Origin: Cystobasidiomycetes sp. EMM_F5
Lineage: Eukaryota
Assembly (NCBI GenBank): GCA_051047955.1
Contig: JBPGPT010000012.1
Location: 372,001-436,000, forward strand
Length of the DNA: 64,000 bases
Direction of reading: 5' to 3'
Shown: one piece after another, positions 1 to 10,704 of the stretch
How the letters are laid out: the number at the start of each line of letters is the position of its first letter
Numbering within the stretch: the stretch's first letter is position 1
Translations under genes and position numbers: made by a program
Notes under the pieces: model-generated
The model's database searches: none
What the model saw: the letters and a program-made list of their open reading frames with translations, nothing else
Told to the model about the DNA's origin: nothing

Positions 1-265
1 ACGGGCTGTATGAATGGATCGATACCTGTGTACGATGAATTGCGACGGATGTAACGTATAACAACAGGGGAAAGCACGAACAAGCAGCACCAAATCGCGT
101 ATGTATGCGAAATGTTTGTCTAGCCCAAAGCTGGAGTAGACCCACGTGGCAATAGTGATAGTGGTCATTTTGTGCAAGGCGTTTTGACACGAGGACGATC
201 TGTAACATTGCGACACCATGATTTGACATCTAAAGAGCTGCCACAACTGTTCAAACACTGACAAT

Positions 266-2942
266 ATGCCGTTTGAGCGCTTCGAGGGCCGTTCTCGCAG
301 TGGCCGAGCTGCATTGATGCGTCGCGTGAAGCTGCCAGCAGTTGCGATAGTCGGCTGTCTGGCCGTGTTCGCGCTGTACGAGCGCAGTTACTTTACAAGA
401 ACCTCATCCTCGACGCCTGCTACCAATATGGGCTGGCAGAGCTTCCTGCCAGCGTACAATTCGCGGCTGTCGACAGCATCACCGTCAACGTCTTCAAGCA
501 CAAACACGACGGGGCAAGGTGCTGGCTTTCTGGGCGATAGCGACTACGATGACTGGTGGGACGACGATTTTGACGACGACTTTGATGGCTTTGCGCCAGA
601 GCCGACAGCCGAGATCTGGGATCCATTCATACAGAACAGCCGTCCGCTGACAGAAGTGACAGCAAAGGCATGCGTCTGGCCGCCATCAATATACGACGCG
701 TGTATGCCCGAAAGTAGCTATCGCCAAGATGCTGAAAGAGGGCAGTGGATCAGGGTCGAGAAAGACCTGAACATGAGGGTTGGTGTTTGTAAGTCCTGCT
801 GCCGACTCTGCTGTCCCGCATGAATGCGCTGACATTTAGAGACCGTAGACTATCTGTATCTATTGTGAGTAGTTACGAAAGGTGCACTTCGTTGCCTTCC
901 TCTGACGCCCATGAAACAAAGCTACCGGCGATTGCCTCTGTACTCGACTGCTCCCACTCTACGCGAGTTCCGACTACTGACCAAGAGCGAAGAAAAGACT
1001 ACATCTTTGTCGGAGAAGAACGGGTGGACGAAGGTTGCACAGAACATGCGTGATGGCATTTGGCCGAGCCAGGAGGCAATGTACCTCTACTACAGGACAG
1101 CACCACGGAACCGGAGCAGTACTTCCATGACGGACGAGATCAACGAGATTGACGTGGTATGGGGATCAAGCGGGACCCTATACGGCTGGGAGCGAATGAA
1201 TCGCGATTTCGCGGAACCGAAGGAGAAGGCTGCTGCGAAGCAAACGGACGAAGGCGCCGAGCTGATGTGGAGGAAAGGATCACCCAAAGTTCCGCAGGCA
1301 ATACTCCCGCTTTCCTTCAGTACACAAGGCAATTACAAGATTATGCAGATTGCCGACTTGCATTTCTCAGTATCGAAAGGCAAATGCCTAGACTCGGATT
1401 GGCCTGGTTGTAAAGACCCTTCCGGCTCGGACAGCGTAACGCTGCAATGGCTAGGTCAGGTTTTAGACGCTGAGAAGCCTGATCTAGTCATTTTGAGCGG
1501 GGATCAGTAAGCAATCTGAGAGTGTCTGCAGTCCTCTGTGTTTTAAACTGACTACCTAATGCGCTGACAGGCTCAATGGCCAAGATACATCATACAGCTC
1601 GGAATCTGTGATATTGAAGGTTGCTAAACTCTTCGAGCAGCGATCTGTACCATGGGCTGCCGTTCTCGGCAATCACGACGACGAGAAGACCACTCTCACT
1701 AGGTACGGTCAGATAGTCATGATGCAAGCTCTGCCATACTTCGTCGGGGAACCCGGTCCAATACAAGTCGATGGCGAAGGCAACTATGTCATCAAATTGT
1801 ATAGCGCAGACGAAAGCCGGACTGTCTTGTTTACCTTGTACTTCTTGGACTCGCATGCGTACAAGAGTTCACTCAACCCTTGGAATACGGAGTATGATTC
1901 TCTGAAAGAATCGCAAATCAAGTGGTTCAAGAATGAGAGTAGCAGGGTGAAGCCGATACAGCGACCGTACAAACCGCCGAAACTCCATAATGACACATTT
2001 GGTCTGCTTGATGGCATCGGCAGCCGTGTGTTGAAGAAAGACCGCCTCCCTTTGCGACAAGCCCAGTTCAAGAAACCCAATGCTATGGCCATCTTCCACG
2101 TACGCTCGTAACGGATATAGACCGTGAGCAAAACCGCTGACTTGATAAACAGATACCGTTGCCAGAAGTGTACGACAGTAAACCCGACATTGACACAAAG
2201 TCGAAAAGTCCGCTCGTCCTAGGCGAACTAGAAGAAGGAAGAGGCGCGCCAAAGAAGAACAGCGGATTCTTTGAGAAAGCGCTGCTTGCTCAGACGGAAA
2301 TTGGAATAAGTGGTACAGTAGATGCAGAGATGGTGGAAGACGATCCGGATTACGCAGCGGCTGTGCTGAATGCGAAACCAGAAGTCAAGGTCGTCCTCAA
2401 CGGTCACTGCCATCTCAGCGTGAGTAGCATCTCGCTGAATGGTGGGGATCTGAAGCTAATGCGGCCGATACGCAGGACTCTTGCCGAAGGATAAAGGGGG
2501 TGTGGAGCTGCTTTGCTGGCGGCAGTTCATATAGCGGGTATGGTCGAGTAGGCTTCGATCGACGCGTGCGCATATATCAGATTTCGGACTTTGGAGAAAC
2601 AATATCTACCTACAAGGTAAAGCACCTGTTTGATGTTGGCGCGAGTACAGCTAATTTGTGTATCTGCTGCAGATTGTGGACGAGCACTCTGACAAGTCTG
2701 GTAATGCAACTGCCAGCCATATGAATGCCAGTCAGGATGGGCAGTCTGGTGCAGAAGCTGAGGAGGCGGCCGTGGAAGCTATGCTGGAAGCAGAAGCAGA
2801 CTACTTAGAAGGGCAGTTGCAAGCAGCTGCAGCTGGTCTGGAGGACGGCAAGTCTCACAATCTGGCTTCACGTCAACAGCCGTTCTCGCCAAGAAGGCGG
2901 ATTGACGAGCAAGTATTAGTAGGCAAAGGAGCGCCGGCGTGA
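266..2942 (+). CDS. DCR2: DCR2-like calcineurin-type metallophosphoesterase (multi-exon, N-terminal membrane anchor)
   Basis: Spliced motifs QIADLH, LSGDQ|LNG, VLGNHD, YFLDSHAY, FH|IPLPE, NGHCH and CFAGGSSYSGYG. Includes a 16-nt micro-exon at 849-864. Confidence 0.85.
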
Positions 2943-3093
2943 GGCGAATAGAAGTATCAGTACCGTCGTTGTAGCATAGTCGCGTTTTGACACTCGCGTA
3001 AATAGACTGATCGGGTCCGAAGACAAGCTCAGAGCCAGCACCTAGGCACCCTTGCCAGACGCTGAGACTGCATGCCGCGGTCCCGCTGCCATT

Positions 3094-5542
3094 ATGAGCG
3101 CTGACCTCCTCAACGACCCTCGAATCGCTCAGTGTGAGTGTCAGAAGCGTACTCGGCCAGATCAACAACAAGAACAAGCGCGTCGTCTAATGGGTTTTTG
3201 GAGCAGCCTATGCAGAGTTGCGAAATCAGGATTCTCCGATAGATTGGCGAGTGGTGTCTTCATCTAGATTCCTGCTTTGGCTGGGGCTCCAGCTCATTGA
3301 ATCGGATGCTTCCTTAGGTTCTTTGTCGAGTATGATCCCCAGAGCCCAAAGGATAAGCTGGCATTGGCCGACAGAGGTCAAGGCGGCCTACAAGCCTTAA
3401 ATACTTCTCTAGTACGCGAATGGCTGCACCAGCTGTGACAATGGCCAAACCTGATGGACGTCTATCAACAGCGAAGCAGGCCGACCGCAATATACTTTGG
3501 CATCATCCGGCATGAAGGGCGCTTTCTCCTGTTTACTTGTCTACCGGATGATGCTGGAGGCATACGCCGCGCACGCGGTTTGGTACACTCGCGAAGTTTG
3601 GCTGCCAAATTCCCCACGCACGCGAGTGTCACCGTGGGATCCCATAATCATTTGAACGAGAACCTTCTCAGAAGCAAGCTCAAGCTCGACACTGGCTCTG
3701 CGCCTTCTTCTTTGCCTCCGTCACCTAATCCTCAATTGAGCCACCCGACAGCATCACCCTCGCCCTCACCACTGCGTTCGCAATTTTCTCCGCAAATACA
3801 CTCGCCCGGATCAACGTTTGTGCGAGGGCATCGGAGAAATAGCAGTGCACAAGATGGTCCTGCTCCTATGCCACCGGAGAAGGACGAGGTGCAATACGCC
3901 TTAGTACTACCGAGATCTCCCCAGCCTGTCACACCAGGTCGACCCCGCTCTCCGAATACGCTATCTCCAGCAATGGGCTCGCCCAGACTCAATGCTCCCA
4001 TATACGCTACCCATGCAAGTCAGCGCCCGCCATCTCCGGCTTCCGCTGGACTGGGACTGTCTCTGCCAGGGAACGGCATGTCGCCACGGCAAAGAGTATC
4101 TTCCAATCCGTCACCCTCCTCATCGCCGACTTTACAGAAGCGCACTCTGACAGTGGACGCAGGGCACGATCGCTCGAGGCCAAGCTCCCCTTCTCTGCTG
4201 CTCCAAGGTTCACCAGTTCTAGGCTCCCCTCGGTTTGGTCATCATACAAGTCCTGTGCCAATTGCCGCGCCAAATCAGCCACCTATGGCTAGCCAATCTT
4301 CTGCGCCTTTGCAGCAAGCCTCACGCTTGCAGTCGTCGCAGTCCAACAGCACCAATAAAACGGACAAGTCTTTCGAGCCCGACACCATCGCTAGTATGTT
4401 TACGTCCAGCAGTCCGCGCACCAGTGTTCATACGAATGCATCCGATCTACATCAAAGCGCTCCGCATGCGCTGTCTAACGGCAACGGTGCCGAGCAGTCT
4501 GTATCAAATCGAAAGTCAATAGGCGGCGCGAGCGATGCAGCTGAATTGGCCTACGATGGCATCGAAGACGAAGCTCCGGCAGGTAGTGCTGAGCGTCGTT
4601 TGGCTTCGGAAGAACAACCGTACCTACCTTCAAGCTCTACAAAAGAGCAAGTCGCGCTACAGCAGCAATTCCGAAAGGATCTGGAAGAGCAACATGCGAG
4701 GGAAGAGCAGGAGCGCGAAGAGGCGCTCCGCCAACGCAGAGAAGCCGCTGCCCTCATATCAATTCAACGAGCGCAAGCAGAGGAGGCCGCTGCGGAGATG
4801 TTGCGGCAAACGCAGAAGGAGGCTGCGCTGAAGCAGGAGATTGAGGCTGAGGATAGACGAAAAGCGATCGAGGAGGATGCGCTACAGGAGGCAGAGAAGA
4901 CCAAATCAGACAGAGCAGCGGCCGAGCAAGAGGCATCGGCACGAGCTCAGCAGGAGCGCGATGAAGCTGCGCGTCGAGCAGCTCAAGAGGAGCAGGCACT
5001 GAAAGACCAGGAAGCTGCAAGAAGGATGGAGACGAAAGAGAACGCTCGACGAGATGTTGCGCTTCGGATTCAGCAGGCGGCAAGCGACGAGCAAGTTATT
5101 TTGACCGGCTTCGTATCAATACAGGGCGGATCCTCGGTAGTGAGTGGTTCTCATACAGCTGAAATACGAGGCACTCGGGCTGAACAGCATGATGATTCCG
5201 TAGATCTGGCGGCGAAGATTCTTTCACCTGACTGCATCTACCCTTATTCTGTACAAGTCTGCAGAAGATGTGACCCATCCTGTCGATACTGTCGTATTAT
5301 CCAACAAGGTCAAGCTGATAGATTTCTCGGCTGAGGAGCTCATGGCGATACCCTACTCTTTCAAGATTATCTTCAAGGACTACGATGACGAGCCCGTTTT
5401 GTTTTACTGCGATGAAGTGGTAAGCTTCACTGTCGATGTTATGTATGGGATACCCTGGCTGATGCATGAGTGGATTCTGTAGGATGATTATGATCTATTG
5501 GTCTATGCGGTGGCAGTTGCTGCCAAACTCCAAGCGGTTTAG
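3094..5542 (+). CDS. ADF-H (coactosin/drebrin-like) domain + Pro/Ser-rich linker + coiled coil + C-terminal PH-like domain protein
   Basis: Exons 3094-3133, 3207-3246, 3318-3411 and 3472 onward splice to MSADLLNDPRIAQSYAELRNQDSPIDWFFVEYDP...GQGGLQAL...IYFGII...RRAR. C-terminal exons give LTGFVSIQGGSSV|IWRRRFFHLT...YSFKI. Stop at 5540-5542. Confidence 0.7.
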
Positions 5543-5700
5543 TGAGCTACGCCGAATGAAGTGCCGACGATGTTATCAGTAGATTACCAACATGCATATA
5601 TGGTGTTGTATTATCGACCGCATCAGAGATTCTTTTCCTCCCATTATGATTGGTGTTTCGATGGGGTACAGACAGGCTGCCACTTTAGCTGCCAACGTCG

Positions 5701-6741
5701 ATGGGCGACCACAACTTCCCGCCAGACTTGGCTATTACACCTTTGCACATTCAAGGACAGCTTGACGCCCAGCAGCAGTCGGATTGGATACAGGAGTATG
5801 GTATCGCAGGACGCACATGGTCAGCTTATTGCATGCCTGCGAAGATAGCATGACACCAGAGGCATGTTCGTGCTGATGACGCTGTTTCAGGGAGGCCGCT
5901 CCGTATCTTGCCTCTTACCTTCAGCCGTCAACCAGAACTTCCCCCTTCACATACGATCCACCATGCTCCTTATTCACTGACCCCCATCGTCAATACCGCG
6001 TCATCGAGCTGGGTTCTGGCAATGGCTTTCTCGGCAACGTTATAGCTGCCCGTCTTCCATCAAGCTCGCGTCTCGTCCTGACAGATCTTGAGGAAGTGGT
6101 GCCCCTGCTCCAGGCAAACTTGGTCAACATCGATGGAACGGCTGTATTACCTCTGGCGTGGGGCGACGTGACGGCCGCCGAGAGCGCTCTGCAATACATG
6201 CGGCATTTCAAACATCTAGATAATGCAGAAATAGACAACTTGAAAAGAAGCGAAGAGCCTGTCTTCAGCCACATTATCTGCAGCGATCTGGTGTATTTTC
6301 CGCATCTTCTCGACCCTCTACTGAGGACCCTTCTACTGCTGACGAACGACGAGCAAGGGCACCAAACCGAGGTCATCATCAGTTGTAAGCGCGGACATGC
6401 CATCAGAGCGCGTAAATCTGAAACCTCTGATTGCAGACAAAGTCAGGTCATTGGCTAAAGAGACTGCATTCTGGGAGGCGTTCGGCGTATACTTTGAGTT
6501 CGCTGCGGTAGACGTACGATGTCGAGACGCTGCGAAGTCTGGTTGTCGGCTAGCAGACAATTCTGCGGATGACGATGATCGTATATTCGTATTCCTTGCA
6601 AAGCGACGCAAGGGCACAAGCTTCGCTGCGCTGGGTCACGACGTAGCTAACATTATTCAGGCCAGTAACAGCAAGCGGGATACAACATTTGAGGAAATCT
6701 TGATGAGGCAAGCTATGTCCGGCTACATCGACACAATGTAG
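5701..6741 (+). CDS. Seven-beta-strand protein-lysine methyltransferase (Methyltransf_16 / EFM-like)
   Basis: YGIAGRTW|EAA, SAM motif I VIELGSGNG, LVLTDL and IICSDLVY. Two introns. Confidence 0.85.
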
Positions 6742-6979
6742 GCAGGAGATCAGGAGCAAGTCGATGACGATGAAGCAGCGGCTGGGAGGCTGAATCGCTT
6801 GGTGTCAAGAAAGACTCTCCCCATAAGCCACTATGCGCTCACGATCAGGTCGTATGCTACAGTCCTTGGGCTATATCTGGAGGCGATTTCATGAGCGTCG
6901 ACTGTACGGCACCGAAGGATGTCAGCAAGCATTACCGAATGCCTTCGCAACAGATCGAAAAGTCAGGTACTGCTCACCC

Positions 6980-7228
6980 TTATGCGCCACTCGTTGCGCG
7001 CAAGACAACGTCGGCAGCCTTATTATACCACTTCTTTCCCTTCTTCGAATCGGCATTACCAGATGCCTTTGAGTCACGAGAAGTCGTCTTGTGGGCAGCT
7101 GCGCTCTCCTGGACGAGCTTTGCTTCGTTTGGGTTCACATGTGGGTGGGAAAATGCGGGATTGAGAGACATGGACGAGGAAGCCTGTGCTTGCAAAGTCT
7201 TCGACTTGGGCTGGGAGATGTAAGCCAT
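6980..7228 (-). CDS. Putative small hypothetical protein (82 aa, MAYISQPK...RATSGA)
   Basis: ORF flanked by good minus-strand intron signals in the presumptive 5' UTR (7418-7486) and 3' UTR (6902-6977). No family recognised. Confidence 0.4.
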   Translation of the reverse strand: MAYISQPKSKTLQAQASSSMSLNPAFSHPHVNPNEAKLVQESAAAHKTTSRDSKASGNADSKKGKKWYNKAADVVLRATSGA

Positions 7229-8183
7229 GCTGTGGTGATGTGTTGTGAGGAGCAGTGAGAGGAGCAGAAGCAAGATGCTGTCCCGGCTTCCTCTTCAAGT
7301 GTCGAGATCCGGTCGACAACTTTTGTGCCTGGCAGCGCTTCTCCGCAAACGTGGCGGTATCCCTGGCCTGCCGGAACCAGATCGATAGCGGGGGCACTGT
7401 CAACACCGCTACTGCTGCTAGCGAACTTGTTCGTCAGCCTCCATAGCTCGAAGTGGACATCGCCTGTCACCACTGTCGTGACTTACCGGCTTGCACAGTA
7501 CCTGGGGCATGCTGGTAGCACAATGTATACGAGTAGACAGCTGTGACTGACGGTCCTCGTACTAATCCGTGTGCATGATGCTGGCTGAACATCTGATCCA
7601 ATCCGAAATTCGGCTATTCACGCAGCCAGCCCTGTCTGTGCATGGACTCTGATACCTGTCCCTGCAGTTCAGACACACCAGTCTGGAAGTACACGTCACA
7701 TCAGCCTGAACAAGCACTTCATTGACGCATGTGCTGATGCATTTAAAGTGCTAGTCGGTGCCAACGAGCGCAGAGACTAAGTCCACAGGCCAAATGTGGG
7801 CTGACTTGCGACAGTGCACGACTGCATTTATGTATGTCTCTTGGCATCAAACGCTGCATGTCAATGCTTTTGCATTACACTCGACCATTGCTCGTACACA
7901 ATCTTCCGGCTCGCTGCAATACGAGCCAGACCCCGCAGATTCGCCACTGCAGTTGACGTTTGTCGGACCCAGCTGCGAAATCGCAAATTGTGTACAATAT
8001 TTCTTTGCTCACGTTCGCCTTGTCACTCTTCCGACACCGCCGTTTGATCGCAATTAATATGTCTCAGACCCTCATTTCTCTCGTATTTCGCAGTGACCTA
8101 CACATGAACAAACACACACATAAGACTGAGGTAGCTTAGTAAGGTGCTAATTGTGACGATTATCTAGCACCCAGCTCAGGGTC

Positions 8184-9544
8184 ATGACTTTGCCTCGATA
8201 CAAAGGCGAGTGAACGAGGCGATGCTTTCAATGTTTGTCCGTTGCGGCTGTACGCTAGACAACCTTTGCAAGAAGCGCAGCCTTCTTTGGTCAAAGGGTG
8301 ACAAACCAGAATAAATGCGAGCGGAAGCGTGTTCAGCTGCTTTTCTAATCTCTTCTTCTCGCACAGACCATCCGACGACTATTCCATTGAACAGCACCGG
8401 CTCTCTCTTGTTGGCACAACCCCCAATCGTCTCCAGTATCTCCCGTCATGCTTGCACCAATCTCATGCATCACGCCACACAGGCCAGCTAGGGTGCGGGA
8501 CTTTATGCGGAGAGTGAGCATTCCGCATCATCAATACCTGCTTCTCGCTGACTCACTTTCGTGACTCAGAACGGCTTGACGACGAAGAGGACGAGAACAG
8601 CGCATAAGCCGCTGGCAGTTGAAGGTACAGCAGTATTGCCCAGGCCCGGCAGTGACAATTCTCTGCCTACAGCTGGAAGGGGACCAACAGCGCGCGCTGC
8701 GGGTCACAAGTATACCGGGCCAAACGTGACACCCGATCACTTTACTCGCGCGGGTGTAGCCCCAATACCGAGGGGATCTATTGGCAGTCTGGGTTCCAGC
8801 GGTGCCACCAATCCTGGAAATCTCGACGGCAGTCAGCATAGCGGTCCTCGTCGTTCTGTGAGTCAACGGTCTCGCTGAATTTTGCATACGCCGCTAAAAT
8901 AGGGAAGCGTTTTGACAAAACCAGTCGTTTAATAGAAATTACCCCGATGCAGGCGAAGCCGCGCAATACCTGGTACGTTCCGAGTCCACCACTCCGGAGA
9001 CTGTTATGCGGCGAAGATCTAGTGGATCGTCTCAGATTTCGCCTAAGCAGGTAGGCTTAATACTCCGCTTTAACAATCAGGCTGACTTGTCTGTCTATGC
9101 GAAGTCCCGCGCAAATCTCAAAGGACCCCTCACCTCTCACCCGGTCCACTCAGCTCCGAGGGAGCAGTCATCACAGAGTAGCATGCGTTCTACTGCATCG
9201 AGCAACCGTCAAGGACCCTCGGGTGTAAACGTACGCAAAAGTGAATACGATGATGATATTTGGGCGTACTAATTCTGTTGCTCCGTCGTACTGAGTAGCC
9301 CGGAGTCCCTCAGATAGTGGCACCGACTCTCAGAAGCCATTCCAATGCATCGTCCGGAAGTGGTCGCTCGGGTATTTCAACGCGCGACGCGACCCTCTTG
9401 ACTTCCGGCAATCTCAGATCGGCCAGGGAGATGGTCTACCCGGGGCAGAGAAACAATTCGGCATATAGTGTAACAAACGATCCTATCTCGAACACAAACT
9501 TCATCGCAACGCAGCCCGTTCGCCAGGATACTTTCGCTACCTGA
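8184..9544 (+). CDS. Hypothetical low-complexity multi-exon protein (start uncertain)
   Basis: Chain of plus-strand Ser/Gly/Arg-rich ORF pieces (8561-8878, 9006-9272, 9317-9544) separated by GT..CTRAY..AG signals. The 5' exon phases are unresolved. Confidence 0.35.
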
Positions 9545-9862
9545 GGCTCTGGACGTGACGCACGCGGCGAGAGGAGTGACTCTACGAGCCTAGCAGTCTC
9601 TTGATCTTACCTCAATAGTCTGCAAATTCAGTACAGGTCACCGACACATTTGAGGGATATTCAAATGATGATCCCTATTTGTGAAGGCCATACATCCGAT
9701 CAAACCACTAAAGCTACAGATTGTTATTTGCCCATTGTTGTATTCTCCTCATTCCTTGTTCGTTGACGTCTGTTTTCATCATGACCAAAAGCGCCCCCTC
9801 TGGGTGCAGCATATCGATATCATCACCGTCATACTGGCAGCCCAAGTTTCCCCTGATACGCC

Positions 9863-10524
9863 TCAATGCCCGTGTGCAAAGGTCGACCACTTGTCTCGCT
9901 CTCCACGATGATGCTGTGGGTGTGGTTGTTCTCCCTTCTCCGTCTCTGATTCTCCCCGGCCCGCTTGAGCTCGCCTGTACTGGGATAGGGAGATTGGACG
10001 ATAGGCTGCTGATGTTGATGATGATGCTGCTCCGTACGACGTCGGTGCAATACTCTGATTCGCATCTAGAAAGTGAGACTCTGCCGACGCTGACCGAGTA
10101 TAGGCAGTCGAAGCGGATGACACTCCTACGCCACCACGTCGACGTGTTGGGAGTCCGTCTGCAGAATGATTTAAGAGACGTTAGAAGTGTGGGAGATGTA
10201 TACTTTATAATGGAGTGTGTGCATCCCCACCCTGCCTGTCCTGACTTGTCTGTCTCGCTTCTCCACCTGGGATATGCTTCATTGCATCGATTCTCCGCTT
10301 CTCCTCTGCGTTCTGGCCCTTGAAGTAGATGTAGGCTGCGAGTGTGACTGCCATCCAACACAACGAGCGTGATTAGCGAGCATGAAGAGCAACAAAGATA
10401 CCCCATTAACACCTCACTCACCACCCAGCAGCCCTGCCCACCCTGCAAATTGACGGGCTGGACCGAACCCTCGCCCTGCTACCACTTTCTGCTGAGTGTG
10501 CGAGGGAGCATTCATGTGGGCCAT
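9863..10524 (-). CDS. Small single-pass membrane protein, DUF4748-like N-terminus (171 aa predicted)
   Basis: Exons 10524-10422, 10347-10231 and 10158-9863 splice in frame: MAHMNAPSHTQQKVVAGRGFGPARQFAGWAGLLGVTLAAYIYFKGQNAEEKRR... The second donor (GTGGGG) is weak. Confidence 0.55.
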
Positions 10525-10704
10525 GCTGATGGTGAGGGCGAGGAAGGGATGCAACTTGGGCCATGAGCAGGTACAGAGTAGTCGATCGCCGACTTAGCAG
10601 TAAGCGTGACCACCCAATTCTTTGCTCCATACTGCTCCATACTGACACTCCTTTCAAACATCTCATTCCATCACACAGTACAACGACAAGACACCCTCGG
10701 GAGC

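Noticed and set aside
7575..7605. ATGATG...CTGA resembling C/D-box snoRNA boxes
   Set aside because: Too short, with no terminal stem or recognisable guide sequence.
9714..10448. Long overlapping ORFs 9714-10448 (-) and 9721-10323 (+)
   Set aside because: No family motifs. Better explained by the spliced three-exon minus-strand gene in another frame.
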